DNA from: the human T2T-CHM13v2.0 reference genome, Homo sapiens
DNA length: 64,000 nt
Assembly (NCBI RefSeq): GCF_009914755.1
Contig: NC_060931.1
Direction: 5' to 3' (one strand)
Below, piece after piece: positions 29,887 through 42,452 of the stretch. A program made the position numbers and the translations under genes. The stretch's first letter is position 1; every line of letters starts with the position of its first letter. Under the pieces are notes generated by a model, which was not told where the DNA came from, made no database searches, and saw nothing but the letters and a program-made list of their open reading frames with translations.

Positions 29887-32800
29887 CAGGAAAATAAAAG
29901 GAAAATGACCAGAGGCTGTGCGCTCCAAAATTTTGGCTGTGCTTGTTTTATGTACTTATTCCTATTTTTAAAAAACTTTCAAAATTTATTTTGATTTTCA
30001 TATTTTTCATAGTAGATTTGGACTATAAGAGATTATATGAAAATGATTATTCTAAAATCCGGATAAAATAGCTGATAACATTTATTCTTACATATGTGGA
30101 TACATTCCCAGTTAAGAGTTATTTCTGGAAAACTGATAAGAAATAAGATTTATAAAGTGGCTGTTTAGAATTCAATGTCTGGGTGAAATGTTATAACTGC
30201 AGTCAGGACTTTGGTTCATTTGCTACTGTGACTTAGCTGCATTTTTGTATGTTTAGTATGTCTTTGAATTTCAGAAGTCAATAAATGAATAGAAAAGCCC
30301 AGATTAATAGAAAAAAAATGCTTTCTAGGTTATCTGTTACCAAATTACTTTCCAAAAATTTTGTGCCAATTTAAAGTATATATGTGCTAGTTTCACTGCA
30401 GCCTCATAAACACTTCCCATTTTTTATTTGCTGAACTGTAAATAAAAATATTTCAATATTTTAACTATTTGAATTTGATTGCTAGCAAAATGACCCTTCT
30501 CATATATTAATTTTTGTGTAGTTCTGTTTTTCCAGATTGTTGCTTACTATTTAATCTAAACCTATGAGCCTATTCCTTTACTATTTCTTAAAAGAGTTTT
30601 GTACTTAGAAAATCAACCGTCTATCAGTCAGGAAATTATTCATCTGTAACCTTACTGATGTTTCATGGGTTTTGGTATATAGTCATGGTGGAATTTAGTT
30701 TCCCCAACACTATGAGGTGATAACAAAATTAGGCAATTTGTTTTTACAAATAGCGAAATTTCCCATTTATGATACATTCATTCATGATACATTCCTTACA
30801 ACAAATTAAGATTTTGAATACATTTCTGTAATTTTTTAGTCCTTTGTCCCTCCGTTATTTCATGAGCTTGCTTTTTAATATGAATAATTTTAAAAAGTAT
30901 TAGCTAACATGTATTGAGAATCACCTGCGTGCCAGGCTAAACACTTGATATCCATTAAGTTGTTTAACTTTCAACAAGCTACAGTTTTAGTTTTAATAGG
31001 CTTCCCATTATATAGTTGAGGAAATGAGGTGTATGATGTTAAAGTGTTCAGAGTCAAACAGCAACCAAGATTCAGAGCTCAACCCCAAGCGCAAATTCCC
31101 TGACGCACTTTTCTCTAAGGTCTTTAATCATTTTCAATTACAGTTTAATAACAGAGGAGAAAGCTACCACATCCCGTCATGTGATATTCTTCACAACTGT
31201 CTTCCTACTGCAGTAACTTTAGAAATTTTTGTCAAATTAAAATTGCTCTCATGAGTAAATTAGAAAAACTGCTATCTTCACATGGGTATCCTTTTCATTC
31301 CAGGAAAAATTATTCATTAATTCCAAATATCAAATCTTTTAAATATATCTCTCACACTCTTTTCTCTATCTTTAATATAGGTCCTAAATATATTACTAAA
31401 AGTACTGCTAGTTAATTCATGACTTTTGCTAATGTTGTGAATGTGATTTTAATTTCTGTCGTTAATCCCTGTCCAGGGAAAACTAGAAGGTATGGTCACC
31501 CTCTCACAGTCAGAGACATAAATATCTTCACTAATGACACTCATGGAGTTGGCCACTCCACTCTTCAAGTTGACGGTGCTGTTCCCAACAGTGGCTGCTG
31601 GTTTGCGGTTTCCTTGGTCCATTGTATAAAAAAAGAAACATATTGAGAATGAATTATCTCTTCTTTAATCAATTTAGGAAAACCAAGTCTAGTCCAGGCC
31701 TTGCCTCTAATAAGCATTACAGCCAAAACTGATTCAATTATCTCCCCTAAGCTGCAGATTGCTCCTTTCTGAAATAAAGGGTTTTTCTAGATTAGGTGGA
31801 AAGCCCTTCAAATTCTAAAATTATATAATTTACATCAGCTAGTTTAACAATCAGGACAAAAATATAAATATGGAATAAATTCTGTATATGTCTAAAAAAT
31901 GGCACCAGTAGATAAAATGGAATACAATTCCCTATAATTATAAAGACACGAATTGTGTTTGCCTGTAAATGTAAATCATCATTCATCAAACATTTCAATA
32001 AATATTTTCATTTTTAAACAAATATTTCAAACAACTCAAATCATGATGTAACCTATATTTAGTCTGTTTACCTTGTTGAAATCTTGGATGGATTTCTGAA
32101 TAAGTCCCAATTACCATTTTTAATATATTCTTTTTATATTTTGATAGAGAAAATTTTATAATTCTCTAATCATATTCATTTAAAAACATTTGAAGCCATT
32201 GAAAGTATGCTGTTCTTTTACTTGAAATGTAAACTGAATTTAGGATCCCCCTGCATCTCCACCTGACATTTCTGTCTTCTCAACCATCTCTTAACCAACC
32301 ACTGTGCACTCCTGAGTCCACAGCACTTTTCCAACTGGAAAAATGGGCAGCTTTCTTTCCCACTCCATCATTCTCCAGGTACAATAACCTTATCAGTATT
32401 ATTTCCATTACAAATGTTTTTTGCATAGCCCTCTAGAAATTTGAATGCCAGCTCCTGAAGACAAAACCTTAATGAAATGATGAAACAATCACATACTGTC
32501 TGATCTGGTCCCCTTTACCAACACTGTGAAGCAGACATGACCAATATGTACAATATTTTCATGATACCTGAAGCTGAGTACTTGGAAAATTCCCTAGTTG
32601 AAAAATAAACTAAAACAGATGGCTCAGTTTGCTTGAAGAACACAATAAGAATGGCATACATAACTAATGTGTTTGTAGAGCAGAGATACTACAATACTGA
32701 TCATATGAGTGAGGATGACTGGCCACATAAGAACACAAAGTTAACTTATCACTGATTGAAACTGTTTATAAAATTCTGACATCCATCTAGTACATTTTTT

Positions 32801-34789
32801 GTTCAGCACTGTTCTGATTGACAAAAGGTAGAGTCAATTCAAGAACCACCACTACGTGCCTTGAACTACTCTATGTACAGTAACATTAGTACAAAAAAGA
32901 CTCTCTCTATACTCAAAGAAGCGTACATTCTTGGAGAGGAGGGAATACAGAGATATAGAAAATAACAAACATATGTAAAATATCAGGTGAAGAGAAATGA
33001 TAGAAAAAATGAAGTGACGTGAAATATTAAATAAACGAAGTGGTTGAATAACTAAAATCGGAATGCTGTCTGAGAGACAGTAGTCAGGGAAGGCCTCTCT
33101 ATCAGGCAGTATTTGAGCAAAGACCTGAGCTGGGGGAAGATCTGGGGGATGATCAGGCAGCTATCTAGGCCTGGAAGCATCCAGATTCATGTAATGGTAA
33201 GCAGAAGTAATTTCTCATCTGTACACATCTACAAGACATTCACTAGACAGAAAGGATACATCCGCCTTTTAAGAAAGTTTATTCACATCACCAATGAATT
33301 CTTTTAAACATTAAATTGTATCTGGGATGCAGAAACAGCTGATGACAGTTATCAACTAGGGTTGAAGGAATTATATTCAATTTAACTCAGTTCCACTGAG
33401 ACAAATTATATACATCTGGAAAACTTAGAGCATGATTATGATATAAATTAATGATAAAAAGATAGGTAAAGAAGATACCTATCAAACTACATAGCAGGAG
33501 AGATTTCATAACATTTTAAAATATATTTTAAAGTGTGCAATAAACATGGATTACTGAACAAAACATTACAAAGGTGAATTAGTTGTAGAAAAAATTGCCA
33601 ATATTTTTATTTGAAGTTTAGAACTTATACAAATTGTCACTTTATGAAAAATCTCTTATACATTAACATAAGGTAAAAATATTTTCATGTCTTAGCATAT
33701 TAGTTTTCAAGCTATAATATATACATCGAAATTCTCAAAATGCTTTTTTTATTCCTCTAGGAATTTGATGAAATAGATTTTTATTCAACAATTAAGATTG
33801 CAGTGTATGCATTTTACAAATAAGTTCTCATAGTGTCAATTTACATTTGAATTTCTTTTGAATTTTAAGCCTACTAAATAATTAAGAACAAATATGATAG
33901 TTTAATTTAATTTAAAGAACTCTGAACAATTCTCCTACATCTATTGCTCAGGCCAGCCCAAGTCACTCTCTTTACCTACACTCAAAATTAAATGAAACTA
34001 TAATTTAAAAAATTTCATCTAATAAGTACTGACATACATGACATCTTTTCCTAGTCTTTCAAGCCCCATCAAATAAGTCAATAACTTTTATAATTCTAAA
34101 AACAATAGTTCAGTTTAGAATAAAATTATTCCCTTTGCCTCACCCTGAATATTACTTTGCTGTTTCCTTTTTACATATACGACGAATTTCTAAGTGCCAA
34201 AAACTTAGTGTACCATGTAATTAATGGGAAAAAAATACTTATTGTACTTGTCAACACCTTCTTATAAACTCTCTTTATATTTCCAAAGCAATTAAGTTAT
34301 CTTCTGGCAACTCATAAAAAAAAAAAAAAAAAAGAAAAATCCTAAATAACCTTGGCGGCTTTGCCCTGCTATTATAACAACTAAATTTGTCCTTTTCTTT
34401 GATCTTTTCTTACTGTCCATAATTTCTTTATGTCTTTTAAATGAAAATACTTTTATAAAGGTCCCATCTTTACCTAAAAAAAGTGCATAAGAAGATAGAA
34501 TTCTTCTTCTTTTAACAAATTCTCTTAATTCCATTTCTTCCTGTTTTAAGACCTCCTCCCATCCCCAAAGAAACAAATGTCTACAAAATAAAAATATTCA
34601 AACATCCATAGTATTAAGAATTCTATAATTACCAAGCTCTTAAAATCTGAGTCAGTGAAAAACATGATTATTTACAACAAGCCCCAGTTAATCATCTGCT
34701 GAACTTGCTAAAGGTACCTCTTTAGTATACTGATTTCCTCTTCTATAATGACGCAAAGCCCGCCAGTTGTACACACAGTTAACAGTAAT

Positions 34790-34950
34790 GCGATAAAAAC
34801 CCCTGCACAGGAATCACCCGGGGGACTTTCCAAATGCAGATGTTCTCCTTAGCTCTGGAGTGCAGCTTGAGATGCTGCATTTGTACCCATTGCTTAACAG
34901 AGCTCCCAGGCAAGGCTCAGACTGCTTGGCTACAGGCCCCACTTCGATGG
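34790..34950. mobile_element. MER5A-like hAT element
   Basis: gaatcacccggggg...aaatgcaga...ctgcattt...aacagagctcccagg. Confidence 0.6.
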
Positions 34951-35490
34951 CAAGAGAATAAACTGCAGTCTTCTTGTTGACATAAATGAGCAATAGATCA
35001 ACATAAAGTTTTCCTGAACTCTAGATGGATGGCTTTTGATAAGACAAGAAATTATTCTCTTAGATTTGTCACAAAACTGTATTGACATGGCAAATATCTT
35101 TTATTTTCTTTGAGCTCTGGCAAAAAGAGGGTCTGTTTTCTAAGAAACTTTTAGCACTGGGGGATAGAAATTGCTTTTAAGTTCAAATTGTGCAGCAATT
35201 TACAATTGTACTCATTTTCATAGGCTGAGTAGCGAAGTTCCTTATCTAAAAAAGCCAACAAAACATGTCCTTGTCTAGGAATACATTAGGCATATTTTAG
35301 AAGGAAATCTGAAATTTAAAGCACATAGGAAATGGAACAATTGAAATCATCTCTTACTTGCCTACACAGTGCAACTCCATATTTAAACAACCTCCTGCTC
35401 TGGTATTAGTTGGTGTTAAACAATCAAGTCAGGAACTGAAATGTCTGAGATTTTATAGCAGTTGTAAGCTAACAAGTAAGCCTCCTACAG

Positions 35491-35903
35491 TGTCATAGAT
35501 AAAAGGCAGAAAAAATACAAGCCCTCTGAGTCAGAGACAAAGAGTTTATTACTCATAGCAACAGAGGAGCAGAGTAACATCTTTGTTTGCACAAGCTGCC
35601 CAAACCTCAATTCCCACAGGATGACAGGAGGACAGCCAGGGGTCACCTGCATAGGTAGTGAGATGGGTTTCCAGCCAGGAGTCCCAAGATGAGGAAGTCC
35701 CTGATCTTATACAGGGGCTTCTGATGGCCCACACTCATCCTCCCCTCCAGAGAGACACAATAGTTTAATTACTCTGCATTGAAAATCTCTTCGGGAGAAG
35801 GAGAAATCTCTTTACTATCCTGGAATGCAAATAAATCTGAATAAATTGGCTGTTAATGCTTAGACTTAAATGTGAAAGATTCATAAAGAAATGTCTCCCA
35901 ACA
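35491..35903 (-). mobile_element. Solo ERV LTR (LTR47/MER76-like ERVL; family uncertain), sense to CACNA2D1
   Basis: Minus strand TGTTGGGAGACA...TATAAG...AATAAActctttgtctctgactcag...GACA, with TG...CA termini. Confidence 0.7.
35769..35819 (-). CDS. CACNA2D1: Candidate alternative terminal exon of CACNA2D1, coding part DSKEISPSPEEIFNAE*; 3'UTR to ~35525
   Basis: Acceptor ttatttgcattccag|GATAGT (AG at 35820-35821), phase 0 matching the exon 10 donor. 16 codons then TAA; AATAAA on the minus strand at 35545-35550; lies inside a sense-oriented LTR. I recall a short annotated isoform of this kind but cannot verify it. Confidence 0.7.
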   Translation of the reverse strand, partial: DSKEISPSPEEIFNAE

Positions 35904-37814
35904 GTTGGTGGAAAAATGTTGGAAGATGACACTAAATAACAATAATCATCATCATAATACATGATTACAATATATAAGCACTTTACATGTGACATTTCAC
36001 TTGGTACTCAACAACATTTCAGCAAGTTAAATTATCCTGTCCATTTTTAAGATAAGGAAACTGACAGAAGCCCTAGGTTACTTGTGTAAGGTCATAAAAC
36101 TAGTAGTTTCCAAAGCTGCACAGTTATTCCTATGCAATTCTACCAGTCCATCTAAGAGACAGGGTTGCCTGTGAAGAATGAGTCAAACCAGATGTGAGCT
36201 TACTAACACTGTCCATGCAGGGATAACGTGTTGGCAGGATCATTCCATCGCGTTGCTCTTTACTTGATATAAACCAACATATATTGGCTCCTTGAACCGC
36301 ATACTGTGGGAAGCAAAGACTTTTACAATCTTTAGAATACCATATTCAGAATTATTGTTTATATAGACAAATAATAAGCACAGACCTGTCTCACACAGAG
36401 GTCTGGACCCAGGAAATCTGCAGGCTTTTATAGCAGTTGCATTTAGGGAAAAGCTTCCAGCTGGGAAAGGGCTCACCTTCCTTTCCAGCCTCCTATTTAG
36501 CTATGGTTCTTCACTTTTGACTTTGTACTTACATTTATAAACTGTCACTTCTAGGACTGCTGCTTAGCGACTACAATCTGGACAAAAGGTACAACTAACT
36601 TTTTAAAAAGTTATTTCCTACAAGCAAGAGCAAAGATATAAGGAATTATATTTTGATTATTTTTTTTTCTGGTAAAAAATCAAAGACAGTATTTTATAAT
36701 GACTGTGAATTGGAAAAGCTTCCACGAGGAAAACTGACTCAAAGATCCTTAACATAATCATAACATGTGCATCTAATTCTTTAGTAAGAAATGTGTGGTT
36801 TTATTAAAAGACATGAAGATCTCCTTTGGTTGTTAACTTTTAGCATATTGTCTGCAATCCATATACATTTTCCCATCATCCTCCACTGGCTTGCAGTATT
36901 TTACTCCTAAAATGTCAAACTCCCTCACATTCATAAACAAATTCAAATCCCTGTGTCAACACTTGAAATTCTGCCTGCAAATCAGAACACGCTGTGATTG
37001 AATTGCTGCTCCTATCATCTACCACTGACTCCTATCAAAGCATATAACTGGATTAGTGGGAAAACAGCTACATTATGCTTGCATTTCAGCTTTGCTAACA
37101 GCAGGCTTCCTTTCTGCAACAAAGAACAACCCTGGAGATAGTAGAAACACTCAGAAATGATGCAGCGTTAGTTCTGACATCTTATACATGATTTAAGCAT
37201 GAAAAATTACTGTTATTTTTAAAAAGAATGAAAGAAACTTAGAAAAATAACCCTAAAAATGAGAGGCTACTTGATTTTTCTGTTTGGTGGCTTCTGGGCA
37301 ACTTTGGGAAAGTGTTAATATAGATTGCATCCTGAGTCTTTGGATGACCCACATTCTTTTGGGTATGAAGATAAAGAGAAATGCATGAGGTCTCTAAGGA
37401 AAAATTACGGTCAAAGTTAACTATAGAACCACTCCCTCCTTCCTCAGTGCCTTATTACTATGGATTCCTGAAGTTACAAAAGCTAAAGGTATATTGTTGC
37501 TTTCCTGGACTTTCAAACAGCTTTAGAGAGAAAATAAAATACACATGCACACATGCACGCACACATACAACTTGACATTATAAATATATTTTGAAGGTTT
37601 TTTTCCTGAGAATTTCCATATCAGTAAATTGTTAAATCTGTATTTAATGAGAAGGGCCTATATGTTAAAGACAAAAATGTAATTTTACTTTTTTCTTACC
37701 AGAATGTTGCATAAGAATCAATTCTCTTTACCTGTATCAATTTCAGACAGTATATACTCAAAATAAAGCAGACTAACTCATAAGACTGAAAAATTTCTTT
37801 AAAATTATGAATTT

Positions 37815-37870
37815 AACGTGGTTGACACTAAAGATTATATATAATGTGGTTGACACTAAAGATTATAAAT
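37815..37870. repeat. 28-bp tandem duplication
   Basis: aacgtggttgacactaaagattatatat / aatgtggttgacactaaagattataaat. Confidence 0.92.
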
Positions 37871-38180
37871 GCAAATAAGAATATATGAAGTTTCATAAGA
37901 GCAAAAGATACACGGTAAAGAAAGTAAATAAATATTCCTGAAGATTTAGCCTCATAACTTTTTGGTTAAATCTAGAATCATGAATGAAGATGGCTACACT
38001 CCAGTTCTTTCTCTTTTCTTGGAAAAATTGCTAAGACTTTTTCTACTGTTTTCTTATCCGCAATATTAAGAATAGTAGTATTATCAACCTCACAGGGTTG
38101 CTGTAAAGACTAAACAAATTACTATGAAAAACACTTAGAACAGTGTCTGCCACTTGAACATTGCTTTAAAAAAATTAAAT

Positions 38181-38462
<282 letters not shown>

Positions 38463-40577
38463 TTAAATAATTACCTATCAATTATGATTAAATAGAAGGT
38501 TAATGCACAAATAACAAAAATAATGAACACGTGTTTACTTTGGATTTTATTTGTACTGATTTTCTGAGGAGCAAATCTATGTCTCAATGTAATCACTTAA
38601 AATTATTTAGTGAGTTTTCAATCATAAAAATGTATTAATGATTATTTTGAAATAATAAAATTAAACAAAAGTGTACAGTTAACAAAACTTCAGAGTGTAG
38701 TTGACAAAAAAATGATATTTTTATAGTAAATAAGAGCCATAAACAAGTAAATAAGTAACCAAAACTAATTAAGCCTAAGGAGGAACTAGGAGCTGGGACC
38801 AGTAATACCAGGAGCTGAAACCAGTAATACGTATCTCCAGAAGCAGAGTGGAAAGTCACTATGACCTCATCTTTCAAATGTCTTCCTGATTATTTATCTT
38901 TTAAGTTCCATTAATTGTGCGTGTTTCAATATTACTTTTCTGCCCTGTTTATGACATATTAATGGAGGTATTTTAATAACTTTTAACTTGAGGTACTGAG
39001 GTGCATACTTCCAGGTGAAATGTATTCCCAGTTTTTCCTACGAGTAATATATTCTGTTTTCCCATATGCTTTTAGCTCACACATTCAAACCACACCAAAT
39101 GAGTACACCCAGCTTAGGATTTACAAAGAGCTGTCAGTGCATCAGTAAAGTCTGTATTAACCTGGTTCACAGAAACCACAAGAAGATATCCTGCAGTTGT
39201 GTTTCTTAAGAAATTAGTTAACAATTTTCTTCAAATAAATACACGTTTAACAACATATTTTTTTTAGGAAAATCAATGGCCTTTAAAACTGGCAGGCTTT
39301 AAGAATCCCAATGCCCATTCTAAGTTCTTTAGGAAATAAATGTTAGTTGCTGACTAAATGTTGACAGTATAAAATTCATTCAAAGCTTGCTTAATCAGAA
39401 ATCATTTTAAAGCATTTTATTGATAGCATTATTCAGTTTCTAATCAAGCTAGATGATATTGATGCCCTATCCATTTTTCCATTCATGTCAACCCAACTTT
39501 TAACTGCCTGAGATTGCAGGGAACCCTCTGCTGTTGCACATGGTGGTCTGGGAATGCCAGAGAATTAACATTACTTGGGAATAGTCATCAACTTTATATA
39601 CTCCAGCATATTTTTCCCCTTGGAAGGGATAACTCTAATTCATGAAATCTATACTTATTCCCAGAGAAATAAGCTGCACTCACTCACAGTGGAAACTTGT
39701 TTGAAGATGAATCATTTATTAATTCTCTGCCTTGTTTTAATTCCCACATTTCTCTAAGTCTTTCCTAGAGTTACTTTCCAAATAAACCATTTAAGCTTGA
39801 ATCCTTGTCTCAGTGACTATTCTGGGGAAAATCAATCTAAGCAGATACCAACCAGTGTTCTTAGTAAGCAGACCTTCAGAATGGGATTCCAGAACTGAAT
39901 CATTTCCTAAATTACATACGGCAACAAAGACCCTATTTGTACCTGGGGGCACAGTCATCACTGGAGTCAAAAAACTCCTCAGATGCTATGGCAACACAAT
40001 TGCTAAGATTTTCATCTGCAGTGATCAGAATAAAATACTGATTAATGGGGATGCACCTAGCATTTGAGAGACATGGGGACAACAGTAATCATAAAACTAT
40101 GAGTTGGCTGGTTGTTGAATTTCACTGAAGAAAATGATAGCCTTATGTCAGCCAACTATCAACTAAGGCCAAAGTAAGAAAGCCAGAAAACCTGTGTGGC
40201 AACTAATTAAAAGATTCTCATTTCCCATTTTGGGAAGGTCAGCATGTGCTAGAAATTTGGCTCAGAATTTTCTTTTGAGAATCTCAGAATTATAAAGTAC
40301 GCTGCATTCACAACCTTGGCAGCTTTCTATGCAAAAGTCAGAACATCAATAGGCAAGGAGAAGCACCCTTTGTACTAGGATGAGGACATCTAAGTGGACT
40401 TCAGAATATAAAATTCTGGATTCCCCTATACCCTCTGGACAGGCAAAAGTAACCTGTGACCCTTAGTTAGAGGGCAGTAGCTTCTGCGTTCCTAGAGACC
40501 ATAAAAGATGATGCATACTTTCCTCATGATCTGATCCTATCTCATCTAATGGCTTTAGACAACAAAAAGGCCAAGTA

Positions 40578-41111
40578 CCATTTGACCCAGCCATCCCATT
40601 ACTGGGTATATACCCAAAGGAATATAAATCATGCTGCTATAAAGACACATGCACACGTATGTTTACTGCAGCACTACTCACAATAGCAAAGACTTGGAAC
40701 CAACCGAAATGTCCAACAATGATAGACTGGATTAAGAAAACGTGGCACATATACACCATGGAATACTATGCAGCCATAAAAAATGATGAGTTCATGTCCT
40801 TTGTAGGGACATGGATGAAGATGGAAACCATCATTCTCAGCAAACTATCGCAAGGACAAAAAACCAAACACTGCATGTTCTCACTCATAGGTGGGAATTG
40901 AACAATGAGAACATTTGGACACAGGAAGGGGAACATCACACACCAGGTCCTGTTGTAGGGTGGGGGGAGGGGGGAGGGATAGCATTAGGAGATATACCTA
41001 ATGCTAAATGACGAGTTAATGGGTGCAGCACACCAACATGGCACATGTATACATATGTAACAAACCTGCACATTGTGCCCATGTACCCTAGAAGTTAAAG
41101 TATAATAAATA

Positions 41112-41143
<32 letters not shown>

Positions 41144-41229
41144 ATTTTTTAAAAAAAGGAAAGAATCCCAAAAGGTTACATGACAATAAACCTACTCAAA
41201 AGTTAAAAAAAAAAAAAAAAAAAAAAAAA
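40578..41229 (+). mobile_element. 5'-truncated L1PA with a 3' transduction
   Basis: ORF2 C-terminus plus 3'UTR, an extra unique segment and a second poly(A); TSD aaaaaggccaagta at 40564-40577 and 41225-41238. Confidence 0.93.
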
Positions 41230-42289
41230 GGCCAAGTATCAACACGGCCCACCTTGAAAAGTACAGTCTCTACTCCAAGAAAACAAAAGAAGATATTTAA
41301 CAAAAGAGTTGCAGGATCTGCCTAATATGAACCAGAAGATACTGAGATAATATGCCAGGGAATGGATGTTTAGGGTTATTGAGGCAAAATATAACTGGCC
41401 ATCAATATGTTGTGGAAAATAAGTAACCTACAATTAGAAAACTCATGGACTCCTATACAGTTATAAATGGCATGGCTGGTTGTCCAAAGTCCTAAAAGGA
41501 TCAAGATTAGAAGATGTTCCTCATACATAGTTTTGGAGAAGCAACATGAGGATGGACCTATGGAGGTAGGCATGAAGCATAAAGATGTCTTTGTTTTGCA
41601 TCAATGTGTGCTAGAGAACATTCGTCACAGAAAAGGCACTAAACAATTGGGTAGATAAGATGATCTGTCCACTGGAGATCATCCAGCTCTGTATGTGTCA
41701 ACTGTACTGCTTGCAAAATAGGCCCATGAATGGAGGAGCTTGATAGTAGAGAGAGAGGATACACATGGGCCTAAAAGCTCCTCCAGTTTGATGCAACTAC
41801 TGCCACTGGTAAATAACCAACCCACGGGAATAGTGTGATGCTGAGTCCTCATTATAGTACCACTTCTCAAAGAAAGCAACCAGCAACTCGATGTAAAAAA
41901 TTATTATATTGCATTTTACCCCCTTGGAGAAGGGGTCAAATTTGTTTTTCCTATTATGGATACAAATTCCAGTTATGGGTTCCCCTTTCTTGTTCACAGA
42001 TGAGGTGTCATCAAGTATCACTAATCCTCAGGTTCACAAATACTGACTGATTTATCGTGGGATACTGAATAACATCTCAAACTAAGCAACACATGTTATA
42101 GTACAGGGAGTCCAATAATAAGCACATGACCACAGGACTCACAGGGTCTACCATATGTTGCATCACTAGAGGCTGCCAGCCTGATAACATTGGGACAGTC
42201 TCCTCTAAAGGTACAACTAAGGCTCCAGCTTACAGATGAAAATCTGATTTGGGGATGTTGTCTTCAAAATGCGATATGTATTTTGAACC

Positions 42290-42452
42290 ATGGTGCTATG
42301 TGCTGAAGCCAGCTTGTAACTGCTAATAATAATTTTTTAAAAATGGTTGAAATTTTCACGAAACTTAAAAGCCAGTTAACCTCACATTGGTAGCTTAAAA
42401 TTGGTCATAGTGGGAATATTTGCATCATGAAAATTGGCAAATGCTACACATC
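42290..42452. mobile_element. hAT (MER63-like) fragment within the ERVL
   Basis: gtgctgaagccagcttgtaac...ggtagcttaaaattggtcatagtgggaatatttgcatcatgaaaattggcaaatgctaca. Confidence 0.5.
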
